Source: Terriglobia bacterium
Lineage (GTDB): Bacteria > Acidobacteriota > Terriglobia > Terriglobales > Acidobacteriaceae
Assembly (NCBI GenBank): GCA_963734455.1
Contig: CAVTHC010000004.1
Span: 1,852-65,851, forward strand
Length of the DNA stretch: 64,000 nt
Direction: 5' to 3'
A program made the translations under genes and the position numbers. Below are positions 9,952 to 18,916 of this stretch, in pieces. Position 1 is the stretch's first letter. Each line of letters begins with the position of its first letter. Below the pieces are notes generated by a model. It searched no databases, was not told where the DNA came from, and saw only the letters and a list, made by a program, of their open reading frames with translations.

Positions 9952-12900
9952 ATGAAAACCTCCGCTAGAATTTTCTTCCTCTTGCTAATCGTGTCATTCG
10001 TCACCAATGTTGCCCGCGCGGACTGCCCCCAGGGAGGGAATGCAACGTGCATAACGTCGTTCACGATTTCGCCGGCTGCAATTCCGGGCGACAACACGAC
10101 CACAGCTCTCGGCCAAGCCACGGCTCATATTGCTACCGGATACAATAGTTGGGAATTGGAGATAAGGCAATCGGGTAGTCTCGGCTGGGTTTGCCATCCG
10201 CCCGCAGTGCATCTTAGTCCGAACAGCGGCGGCGTGGGCTTTGCCGGGGGTTGTGCCGTCACAGGCGCGAGCGTGTCTTTTGAAATGTTTGGGCTGAACG
10301 GGGATTCGTCCCCCGTGCAGGTCGCCATAACAGGCGCAGCCGCTTACAACAACGATCCTGGAATAGACACGTCACTGACCCTGAACCCGAGACCCCCAGC
10401 TCTACCTCCCGACCAGGACCCTGACGGCCCGTGCCCCACATGCGGATATGGCGGCGCTCCTATTAACTTCGGTAATGGCGACACCTGGATCAGTCAACAG
10501 GACTACTCGATTCCGGGTCTTGGTGGCGGCCTGGTTCTCGGTCGGACCTGGAACAGCCTCTGGTCGTTAAGCCAGCCGCCCGAGGAATCCGGCATCTTTG
10601 GCGACAGTTGGCGCAGCAATTTTGAGGAACGCATACAGGTTTTGACGGGAGGAGTGGCCAAATATTGGAAGGGTAACGGAAGCAAGATTTTCTACGCATA
10701 CGACAGCGGCTCCGGCGGGTATGTCAGGACCGCACCAGCCGACGACCGTACAACACTGGATTACGACTCTATCACCATGCTCTGGACCGCTACGCAAAAG
10801 GACGGAGTCAGAAGAATCTTTAACAATGCGGGCTATCTAACCTCAATTGTGGACCGCAACGGCAACACCACCACCATCGTTGTGGACGCGGCGAACCAGA
10901 ACCGTATTTCCAGCGTCACCGATGCCGCTGGCCGTACCTTGACCTTCAATTATGCCAATGCCAATCCGCATCTTTGCACCAGCGTCTCGGATTCCGTTGG
11001 CACCGTCGCAACCTACAATTACGACTCCTCGGGCCGGTTGACCCAGGTCGTCTATCCCGACGGTTCGCAGTTCAATTTCAGCTATGACACGGGCAACCTG
11101 ATTCTGAGCGTGACCGATTCGCTGGGCCAGACCCTGGAAACGCACACTTACGACTCCCAGAATCGAGGGCTGAGTTCAGCGCAGGCCAGCGGAGTCAATC
11201 AGGTTTCACTCTATTATTCAAGTTCGACGGGCTCACCGGTGGTCATATACAACTCCCTAGGCCAAGCGTCCTGGGCCTACTTTTCTACGGTCGCACAGCG
11301 TCGATACCTGACTCAACCTCCCACGAATGTCGGTTGCGCCACTTGTGGATATGTACCGGGTTCTAGCTTCCTTCTCTCCGCTTCTGGCGACACGACGGCG
11401 TTCACTGATGGCAACAGCAACACCACCTACTACACGTATGACAGCCAGGGCAACGTCACCAGCAAGTCACTTCCTGACGCTTACCAGACGGGTGGCTACG
11501 ATATTTGGCAGTACACCTACAATGCTTTTAGCGAAGTTCTTTCGGTCACCGATCCGCTGAACCAGACCACCACCAATTCCTATGACAGCAACGGAAATCT
11601 GCTTTCCACTACTACGCCATCCCCCGATGGTTCAACCGCTGGCAGCGTCACGAGCTTCACCTACGACAGCCACGGCCAGCTCACGCGGATTACTGATCCG
11701 TTGTCAAACCAGACCAACATCGCCTACTACTCGACCGGTTTAATCCACACCATTACGGACACTCAGTCAGACGTGACCACCTATGCTTATGACGCTCGCG
11801 GCAACCGCACCAGCGTAACCGATGCCGCCAGTAATCAGACCCAGTTCCAGTACGACTCCATGAACCGGCTGACGAAGATCACCTACCCGGACAGCAGCAC
11901 GGTGCAGTTCGCCTATGACAACCGGGGGCGTCGCACGTCGGTCACCGACCAGAACAGCAAGGTCACGCAGTACGCCTACGACGACGCCAACCGCCTGACC
12001 TCGGTCACTGACGCGGCCAGCCATCAGACGCAGTACACGTATGACACGGAAAACAACCTGACCGACATCTACGATGCCGCCAGCAACCACACCCATTTCG
12101 ACTACATCATTGGCCGCCAACTGCAAAAAATCACGTTCCCCTCGGGTTTGTACGAGCAGTATTCTTTGGATAACGCCGACAACCTGGTCTACAAGTGGGA
12201 CCGAAAGAACCAGCAGCTCGCTTTGTCTCGCGATGCCCAGAACCGGGTCATTCGCCGCATCGATTCCGGCAACACGGTCTACTACACCTATGACGCCGCT
12301 GGCCGCATGACTCAGGCGCAGGATAACACCGGCACCTACGGTTTCACCTACGACAACATGGGCCGGTTGACCGAGACCACCACGAACTATACATTCCTGA
12401 CCGCGCGCGGATTCAACGTCCAATACGCCTACGATGCTGCGTCAAACCGGGTGACCTTGACCGATCCCGAGAGCGGCACCACGCACTACACCTATGACAC
12501 GCTTAACCGGCTGACGGGTCTAAACGACTTCCAGTCGCACAATTTCACATTCGGCTACGACGCCCTCAGCCGCCGTTCCCAGCTCACCCGGCCCAACGGC
12601 ATCAACACCAATTATTCCTACGACAACGTTTCTCACCTGCTTTCGGTGCTGCATCAACTCGGCAGCACCACAGTGGACGGGGCCAGCTATGTCTACGATT
12701 CAGCGGGCAACCGCACGGCCAAGACCGACCAGGCCAGTAGTGTTACGTCGAATTACGGCTACGACGCGATTTATCAGCTGACGGGGGTGTCCCAAGGGTC
12801 TACGTCTACGGAGAGCTACACCTACGACACGGTGGGTAATAGGCTGTCGTCTTTAGGCGTGTCACCGTACAGCTACAACTCGTCGAACGAGCTGACCTCG

Positions 12901-13911
12901 ACTCCGAGTACGACCTACACCTACGACAATAACGGGAGCACAGTGACGAAGGTCGACTCCACCGGCACGACCACATACACATGGGACTACGTGAACCAGT
13001 TGAGCAGTGTCGCGCTGCCGGGCTCGGGCGGGACGGTTAGCTTCAAGTACGACCCCTTCGGGCGGCGGATTTACAAATCTTCATCAAGCAGCACTTCGGT
13101 GTTCGCCTACGACGGCGATGACCTCATCGAAGAGACAAATTCAGCCGGAGCGGTCGTTGCTCGTTATTCTCTGACGGGAAATATCGATGAGCCTCTGGCG
13201 ATGCTGCGGAGCGGCGGGACAAGCTACTATGAGCAGGATGATCTTGGCTCTGTCACTTCACTCACCAATGGTAGCGGGTCACTAGGGCAAACATACACAT
13301 TCGATTCATTCGGAAACCAAACTGCGTCCGCTGGTTCTCTTACAAATCCAATCCGCTTCGCGGGCCGCGAGTTCGATGCTGAATCGAGCCTCTATTATAT
13401 GCGCGCCAGGTATTTCGATCCCGTCGCCGGGAGGTTCATCAGCGAAGACCCGAACGGTAACGGGACTCTGTACGATGATATGAATCTCTACGTCTACACC
13501 GAAAACAATCCCACTAATTGGACTGATCCTTTGGGGTTGTACACCTTGAAAAAGGGCGGAAAACATCCGCCTCTTCCGCCTTCTCCAGTAATCGATGCCC
13601 TTCTCAAGTGCATCGAAGCCAAGACGGGGCTTCAGCTTACGGTGACGTCAACGTCCGAGGATATTCCGCAGCATGCGCCTGGAACTCCACACAGAAGGGG
13701 CGTCGCTGTTGACCTTAAATACGATTCGGGAAATGCCGACAAAATCCTGTGTGCGGCTTCGGGTTGTGGCGCTGGCTTTGGGCTGGACGAGGGAAAGCAT
13801 CCGTCGGCACAGTCCACGGGCAATCACATTCATCTTCAAATCCCGCCCGGCAAGAATGGCGGGCGCGGCGACCTTCCGAAGAAACCGTGCAGTGATAGCG
13901 GGTGCAAATGA
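9952..13911 (+). CDS. RHS/YD-repeat polymorphic toxin with Sec-type signal peptide and LAS/M15-like metallopeptidase C-terminal domain
   Basis: ATG at 9952 preceded by AGGAG. Signal MKTSARIFFLLLIVSFVTNVARA. Dozens of YD repeats (xYxYDxxGNR/L). Core-end motif NPTNWTDPLGL. The 123-aa tip (13540-13908) carries PHRRGVAVD (HxxGxAxD) and HIH (HxH). Confidence 0.9.
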   Translation: MKTSARIFFLLLIVSFVTNVARADCPQGGNATCITSFTISPAAIPGDNTTTALGQATAHIATGYNSWELEIRQSGSLGWVCHPPAVHLSPNSGGVGFAGGCAVTGASVSFEMFGLNGDSSPVQVAITGAAAYNNDPGIDTSLTLNPRPPALPPDQDPDGPCPTCGYGGAPINFGNGDTWISQQDYSIPGLGGGLVLGRTWNSLWSLSQPPEESGIFGDSWRSNFEERIQVLTGGVAKYWKGNGSKIFYAYDSGSGGYVRTAPADDRTTLDYDSITMLWTATQKDGVRRIFNNAGYLTSIVDRNGNTTTIVVDAANQNRISSVTDAAGRTLTFNYANANPHLCTSVSDSVGTVATYNYDSSGRLTQVVYPDGSQFNFSYDTGNLILSVTDSLGQTLETHTYDSQNRGLSSAQASGVNQVSLYYSSSTGSPVVIYNSLGQASWAYFSTVAQRRYLTQPPTNVGCATCGYVPGSSFLLSASGDTTAFTDGNSNTTYYTYDSQGNVTSKSLPDAYQTGGYDIWQYTYNAFSEVLSVTDPLNQTTTNSYDSNGNLLSTTTPSPDGSTAGSVTSFTYDSHGQLTRITDPLSNQTNIAYYSTGLIHTITDTQSDVTTYAYDARGNRTSVTDAASNQTQFQYDSMNRLTKITYPDSSTVQFAYDNRGRRTSVTDQNSKVTQYAYDDANRLTSVTDAASHQTQYTYDTENNLTDIYDAASNHTHFDYIIGRQLQKITFPSGLYEQYSLDNADNLVYKWDRKNQQLALSRDAQNRVIRRIDSGNTVYYTYDAAGRMTQAQDNTGTYGFTYDNMGRLTETTTNYTFLTARGFNVQYAYDAASNRVTLTDPESGTTHYTYDTLNRLTGLNDFQSHNFTFGYDALSRRSQLTRPNGINTNYSYDNVSHLLSVLHQLGSTTVDGASYVYDSAGNRTAKTDQASSVTSNYGYDAIYQLTGVSQGSTSTESYTYDTVGNRLSSLGVSPYSYNSSNELTSTPSTTYTYDNNGSTVTKVDSTGTTTYTWDYVNQLSSVALPGSGGTVSFKYDPFGRRIYKSSSSSTSVFAYDGDDLIEETNSAGAVVARYSLTGNIDEPLAMLRSGGTSYYEQDDLGSVTSLTNGSGSLGQTYTFDSFGNQTASAGSLTNPIRFAGREFDAESSLYYMRARYFDPVAGRFISEDPNGNGTLYDDMNLYVYTENNPTNWTDPLGLYTLKKGGKHPPLPPSPVIDALLKCIEAKTGLQLTVTSTSEDIPQHAPGTPHRRGVAVDLKYDSGNADKILCAASGCGAGFGLDEGKHPSAQSTGNHIHLQIPPGKNGGRGDLPKKPCSDSGCK
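11891..13061 (+). repeat. 1171-bp direct repeat, copy 1 (inside the full-length rhs)
   Basis: Sense and antisense ORF translations are identical to those of 14689-15859. Boundaries were determined by reading both copies. Confidence 0.9.
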
Positions 13912-14531
13912 TCGCATTCGGGCAAATTCGCATCTATGCGTCGCGGATCGCTTTATCGTTGATGTTCTTGCTTACGGCGACTCCGACCTTCGCCCAGCAG
14001 GGATCATCTCCGCCAGCGCCTGCTAAACCCAGTGAAGAGTCTGCGCTCTGCAAGCGGGGATCTCTACCTCCGGACGTAGAGAGTCGCCTCAAAACAGAGT
14101 TCGGCTCTTGGAAGATTCAGGAACCCGCAGACCTCAGCCCGCATGCCCACGAAAGATGGGAATCTGAGAAGCCACGGGCGTGCCCGGGTATCGCTGTGGG
14201 GCAATTCGAGATCGCCAAGATGCTCTCCTATGCTGTTCTACTGGTCCCCCAAAGTCACACAGTCGCAGGCTACAAATTCCTCGTCTTCAGTCCTAAAGCC
14301 GGGCAGCCGTCCTACGAGATGAGGGTTGCTGATTCGGGTGATAGTGGAGCCGCTAACTTTTTCATCCACACGACACCGATCAGCAAGTTCTTCGATGAGC
14401 CATCCAGGAAGAAATTTCAAGCCCACACCGTGGACGGCATCTTACTCGTAGACTCAGCCGAAAATGAATATGGGGTAGAGGTGTACTTTTGGTCCAGCGG
14501 CCACTATCGGCACGAGCCGATAGACTACTAG
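13908..14531 (+). CDS. candidate cognate immunity protein, secreted/periplasmic
   Basis: ATG overlaps the rhs stop (ATGA at 13908-13911). Signal peptide SLMFLLTATPTFAQQ. I recognise no family. The position immediately 3' of the toxin tip is the classic immunity position. Confidence 0.6.
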   Translation: MIAFGQIRIYASRIALSLMFLLTATPTFAQQGSSPPAPAKPSEESALCKRGSLPPDVESRLKTEFGSWKIQEPADLSPHAHERWESEKPRACPGIAVGQFEIAKMLSYAVLLVPQSHTVAGYKFLVFSPKAGQPSYEMRVADSGDSGAANFFIHTTPISKFFDEPSRKKFQAHTVDGILLVDSAENEYGVEVYFWSSGHYRHEPIDY

Positions 14532-14688
14532 CTTGGCCTGACTCCCCCCTTTAGCTGTCTCTGAGGTCCTGCCAGGGCAGGGTTAACGTGCAGCGCCGGG
14601 GAGCGCCGGTGCCCAGGCCCCCAAGTGATCGGACCGCCGCTAATCTATGCCCAGCTACTTGCGGTTGCGAATCGCGATGACGAGGGCA

Positions 14689-15859
14689 ACAGCAGCACGG
14701 TGCAGTTCGCCTATGACAACCGGGGGCGTCGCACGTCGGTCACCGACCAGAACAGCAAGGTCACGCAGTACGCCTACGACGACGCCAACCGCCTGACCTC
14801 GGTCACTGACGCGGCCAGCCATCAGACGCAGTACACGTATGACACGGAAAACAACCTGACCGACATCTACGATGCCGCCAGCAACCACACCCATTTCGAC
14901 TACATCATTGGCCGCCAACTGCAAAAAATCACGTTCCCCTCGGGTTTGTACGAGCAGTATTCTTTGGATAACGCCGACAACCTGGTCTACAAGTGGGACC
15001 GAAAGAACCAGCAGCTCGCTTTGTCTCGCGATGCCCAGAACCGGGTCATTCGCCGCATCGATTCCGGCAACACGGTCTACTACACCTATGACGCCGCTGG
15101 CCGCATGACTCAGGCGCAGGATAACACCGGCACCTACGGTTTCACCTACGACAACATGGGCCGGTTGACCGAGACCACCACGAACTATACATTCCTGACC
15201 GCGCGCGGATTCAACGTCCAATACGCCTACGATGCTGCGTCAAACCGGGTGACCTTGACCGATCCCGAGAGCGGCACCACGCACTACACCTATGACACGC
15301 TTAACCGGCTGACGGGTCTAAACGACTTCCAGTCGCACAATTTCACATTCGGCTACGACGCCCTCAGCCGCCGTTCCCAGCTCACCCGGCCCAACGGCAT
15401 CAACACCAATTATTCCTACGACAACGTTTCTCACCTGCTTTCGGTGCTGCATCAACTCGGCAGCACCACAGTGGACGGGGCCAGCTATGTCTACGATTCA
15501 GCGGGCAACCGCACGGCCAAGACCGACCAGGCCAGTAGTGTTACGTCGAATTACGGCTACGACGCGATTTATCAGCTGACGGGGGTGTCCCAAGGGTCTA
15601 CGTCTACGGAGAGCTACACCTACGACACGGTGGGTAATAGGCTGTCGTCTTTAGGCGTGTCACCGTACAGCTACAACTCGTCGAACGAGCTGACCTCGAC
15701 TCCGAGTACGACCTACACCTACGACAATAACGGGAGCACAGTGACGAAGGTCGACTCCACCGGCACGACCACATACACATGGGACTACGTGAACCAGTTG
15801 AGCAGTGTCGCGCTGCCGGGCTCGGGCGGGACGGTTAGCTTCAAGTACGACCCCTTCGG
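14689..15859 (+). repeat. 1171-bp direct repeat, copy 2 (5' part of the orphan rhs cassette)
   Basis: Offset of 2798 nt from copy 1. Homology starts at ACAGCAGCACGG and ends at CCCCTTCGG. Confidence 0.9.
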
Positions 15860-16685
15860 CAGGAGGATTCAGAAGAGTGGGCCGAGCGGGACCGTGAACT
15901 ACCTCTATGATGGCCCCAACCCTCTGGAAGAGGTCGATCAGAACGGAAATGTTCTGGCCAGGTACACGCAAAGTGGTCTGATTGACGAGCCGCTGTCCGA
16001 ACTCCGTGCGAGCACGACCAGCTATTACGAGCAAGACGGAATCGATGCGGTTACTTCATTGAGCAATTCAGCGGGGGCACTGGCCAACACGTACAGCTAC
16101 GATTGTTTCGGCAAGCTGACCGCCTCCACCGGAACGATAACCAATCCATTCCAATACACCAGTCGGGAGTTCGATCTCGAAACCGGATTGTTGAACTACA
16201 GGGCGCGCTATTACGACCCGACCATCGGCAGGTTCGTCAGTGAAGACCCGATCGGATTCCATGCCGGAGTGAATTTCTACGACTACGTGCTGAACAGGCC
16301 TACTGTGTTTCTCGATCCAACTGGACTCGCGGGAGGACCCTATGGCACGTACGAGAAGACACGGTCATGGGGCAGCAAAATCAAATGCGCCATATACCTG
16401 GTCTACTGCACAAGAAACCTGCAGCAGACGCGTGACAGCCTTGACAACATGACCGACCAAGCAGTGACGAATACATCCGACGCGACGAGCAACCAGGGAA
16501 GCTACAGCAACCAAAGGCTGCAATGCGGCCTCTCACAAGATCCTAACTGTCAAAAGGCGCTGGAAAACTGCGTGAAGCTTGGGCTTACGAATCCTTTTCC
16601 TCCTCCGTCTTGGATGAAAGACTTGATCAATTATTTTTCGCAACCCAGTTCAACGCAACCGACTCCCCCGCCAACTCAACCGTGA
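14689..16685 (+). CDS. orphan (displaced) RHS C-terminal cassette lacking the N-terminal two thirds and signal peptide; alternative toxin tip
   Basis: RHS homology begins abruptly at 14689 with no RBS or signal sequence. It has its own divergent core end (...FLDPTGL) and a 118-aa Cys-rich tip (16329-16682) unrelated to the first tip. Confidence 0.8.
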
Positions 16686-16696
16686 GAGGAGGTCTT

Positions 16697-17200
16697 ATGC
16701 GCACTCTCTTGGCTATTGTTCTCGGCGTGGCTTTGAGCCTGATTCTACTGCTGGGTGAAAGCTTCTTCGTCATGAACTTCACGAAGGGCGGACAGGTGAC
16801 GCGGGATGCACTTTTCATCAAGAACGCGACGGACGCCGCACTCGCCCAGAAGTATGGTGGCGATCCGTTCGAACTGATACGGTCCACGCAACGGACCCAG
16901 AAATTCGTGCTGGAACCGATGATGGCCATCGCTGTCGGTCTTCTCGTGGGCTTCGTGGACAGGACTCGACCAAAGTTCTCAGCAGGCGTCGCTCTCATCC
17001 CGTGGATCATCGTCAACCTTGCCGGGTTGCACTGGCGGCAAGCCTGCGAGGCGTGTCTCGGAGGTGATCTGGCGCTTAACGCTGCTTACCCCGGAATCGG
17101 GATACTAGCAGCGCACTATTGCGGAAAGCTGGTGCATCGCCGGGGTGGAACTGCTCTGGTACAGCGGTCCGTAAAGCCCGAAGGTGTTAGACCAAGATGA
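16697..17200 (+). CDS. candidate immunity protein for the orphan tip; about 4-TM membrane protein
   Basis: ATG at 16697 preceded by GAGGAGG directly after the rhs stop. Hydrophobic segments LLAIVLGVALSLILLLG, MMAIAVGLLVGFV, VALIPWIIVNLAGL, YPGIGILAAHY. Confidence 0.55.
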   Translation: MRTLLAIVLGVALSLILLLGESFFVMNFTKGGQVTRDALFIKNATDAALAQKYGGDPFELIRSTQRTQKFVLEPMMAIAVGLLVGFVDRTRPKFSAGVALIPWIIVNLAGLHWRQACEACLGGDLALNAAYPGIGILAAHYCGKLVHRRGGTALVQRSVKPEGVRPR

Positions 17201-17771
17201 CTATGCAGGTGATGCCGCGATGAGGGGTAATTGGGATTGGGAGATCATCCCCGAAGGCACCGTCGAATGGATCGGTTTCTCTATTGCGCTGTTGGTTGTT
17301 CTGGTAGCCGCCTGGTGGATATCCCGATGAACTGATCCTTTTTAGCCCCTCGATCCGCTGCCCGCGGTCCGGTGCTGTGGGGTTCTGCCCGCAGGAAGTG
17401 AGCGGCTGGTAAAGTCAAAGCCCGGCCATTGCTGCGCATGGGGTTTACCAAGAGAAGTTTCTGGAGCTTCTTCCGGGTCATGGGCCGCAGCGAAGCCAGG
17501 TACCCGGCAAGCTCGTAGGGGTGAAACCTCCCACACGGCGGCCTGAAATCCTGGCAGCTCGGCGGCAAACTCGGGATGCTGCTCGGCGACCTCAGCGAAG
17601 GTCAGCAGCTTCTCTCTCACCAGATAGTCCAGGGCATTCTTCAGGCCGAAGCGCCGCCGGATGGTGCGGGTGGCTTGGCACTGCTTTCTCCAAATCTTGT
17701 GGCCGTGCATGAGGGAAACTATAGCGCCGTCGTGCGTCGTTCGCCAAGCTGGGCCAACAACAACTCGGAGC

Positions 17772-17870
17772 AAGACACCATCCCTTGCGCCTGCGGCGCA
17801 ATGAAAAGCGCACTGCCGGAAAGCACCCGGCGTCCGGTGAGCATCCGGGCTTTGTCCGGTGTCTGTCCGG
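17772..17870 (-). promoter_or_regulatory. degenerate second copy of the oriT-like module (minus orientation)
   Basis: The reverse complement contains a 34-mer with 30/34 identity to 6360-6393 (17829-17862). TCCGG motifs are phased at 11 bp (17833/17844/17855/17866). It has the hairpin TTGCGCC-TGC-GGCGCAA (17785-17801) and the identical 13-mer GGGATGGTGTCTT (reverse complement of 17772-17784). Confidence 0.5.
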
Positions 17871-17989
17871 CGTGGCGCCCGATCTCAGTTCGAGGGTTTG
17901 AGCGGCTCCCCGATTCCTGACACACACTGAGGGTTAGTTTCCGGAAATCTCCAGTTTTGTTTGTGACAGAAAATGGGAGCGGTTCAGCC

Positions 17990-18319
17990 CAGCTCATGCG
18001 TCATGTAATGCTGAGTCAGTTCCGCAAACGTCACGCGGCCCCGGAATTCTGATTTGTTGATTTGAGTTTGCAGATGTTACCTTTCTACTTCGGCCGACGC
18101 GGCAGACTCGGTAGGGAAATCGCTCACAAGGGCAACTACCACCTTGTGCTCGACTCGCCGTGAGTCTAGAGGCCGGGTTACGAAATAGCGCAACACCCAG
18201 GTTTGTCCATTCTTGCGGGATTCCACCCGCAACCTTCCACGTTGAAACCGCGCCATCTTAAATCGTCTCCTGTCTTGGCGCGGGAGACTGCCGTGACTGC
18301 GCGCGGACGGCATCCGCAA
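17990..18319 (-). pseudogene. remnant of a second tyrosine integrase (N-terminal part only, in-frame stop)
   Basis: MARFQRGRLRVESRKNGQTWVLRYF...DFPTESAASAEVER-stop-HLQTQINKSEFRGRVTFAELTQHYMTHELG parallels the N-terminus of the intact integrase (…VWNYLFCENG…DFPTKTAAWQAAE…). A TAA interrupts the frame at 18077-18079, and integrase-like sequence ends at about 17990. Confidence 0.65.
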
Positions 18320-18450
18320 CCTCTGAAAGGCGAAACCGCCACCCGCCCCTTACCTTGCCCCAGGGGATAAGCAGGAATCACGCCTTGGCGTGCCAATTCC
18401 AGCACGCGGCTCGTGACGGCAATGATCTGGTTCCACAAGTCCAGCGCCTA
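18320..18450 (-). pseudogene. remnant of an excisionase-like HTH gene (frameshifted)
   Basis: ...RVLELARQGVIPAYPLGQGKG in one frame continues as GGWRFRLSEVADAV in another. The same LxxARQGxxxAY...WRF signature occurs in the 3612-3983 product. Confidence 0.4.
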
Positions 18451-18523
18451 TTCGCTTGGGCAGGTGGGAAAGTACCCGATGAACGCAGAGAACGTCCTCA
18501 GGCGATTCGCGCAAAATCATCGG

Positions 18524-18901
18524 TCAAGGGCAGGTGAGTTGTGCTGTACCTTTAATGGTTGATCCTTGTTGCCCGTCCAAGGGCTGGACCGTCACGCTTC
18601 CCGTAATCGTCGCTGTGCCCACCGCCGAGGCGACACATTGCGCCAAACCGCTGTTGTCGATTGTCGCAATCGTCACATCAGAAACTGCCCAGGCGGCTGT
18701 CATAGGAGTCTCAGTGAGCGGTGGCTTGTTGAAGTTCCCAGTAGCCGTAAATTGTACCTGACCGCTTGTTGTGCTTTGCGCATCGGCCATAGCAGGACTC
18801 ACGGTGATCGACTGCAACTGACGCGGGGTGCTGCCGCCACACGCTAAAGTTACCGAGGTCAAGTAGAGAGCCACCACAAACAGAAGGCCGGACCTAGTCA
18901 T
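18524..18901 (-). CDS. small lipoprotein with bacterial Ig-like (Big_2-type) domain
   Basis: Signal plus lipobox-like LTSVTLAC. The body (ITVSP...VQFTATG...WAVSD..IATIDNSGL...GTATITG) matches the Big_2 pattern. Confidence 0.7.
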   Translation of the reverse strand: MTRSGLLFVVALYLTSVTLACGGSTPRQLQSITVSPAMADAQSTTSGQVQFTATGNFNKPPLTETPMTAAWAVSDVTIATIDNSGLAQCVASAVGTATITGSVTVQPLDGQQGSTIKGTAQLTCP

Positions 18902-18916
18902 AAAGCAAAATCTCCT

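Noticed and set aside
17220-17330. 36-codon ORF (MRGNWDWEIIPEGTVEWIGFSIALLVVLVAAWWISR) right after the second immunity candidate. It might be a small membrane protein.
   Set aside because: No convincing RBS, very short, and no comparative support is available from the sequence alone.
17342-17773. 143-aa ORF downstream of the oriT-like remnant (…GLKNALDYLVREKLLTFAEVAEQHPEFAAELP…), possibly continuing in another frame (17281-17568).
   Set aside because: It appears frame-disrupted, I recognise no family, and the start is unclear. Left uncalled rather than guessed.
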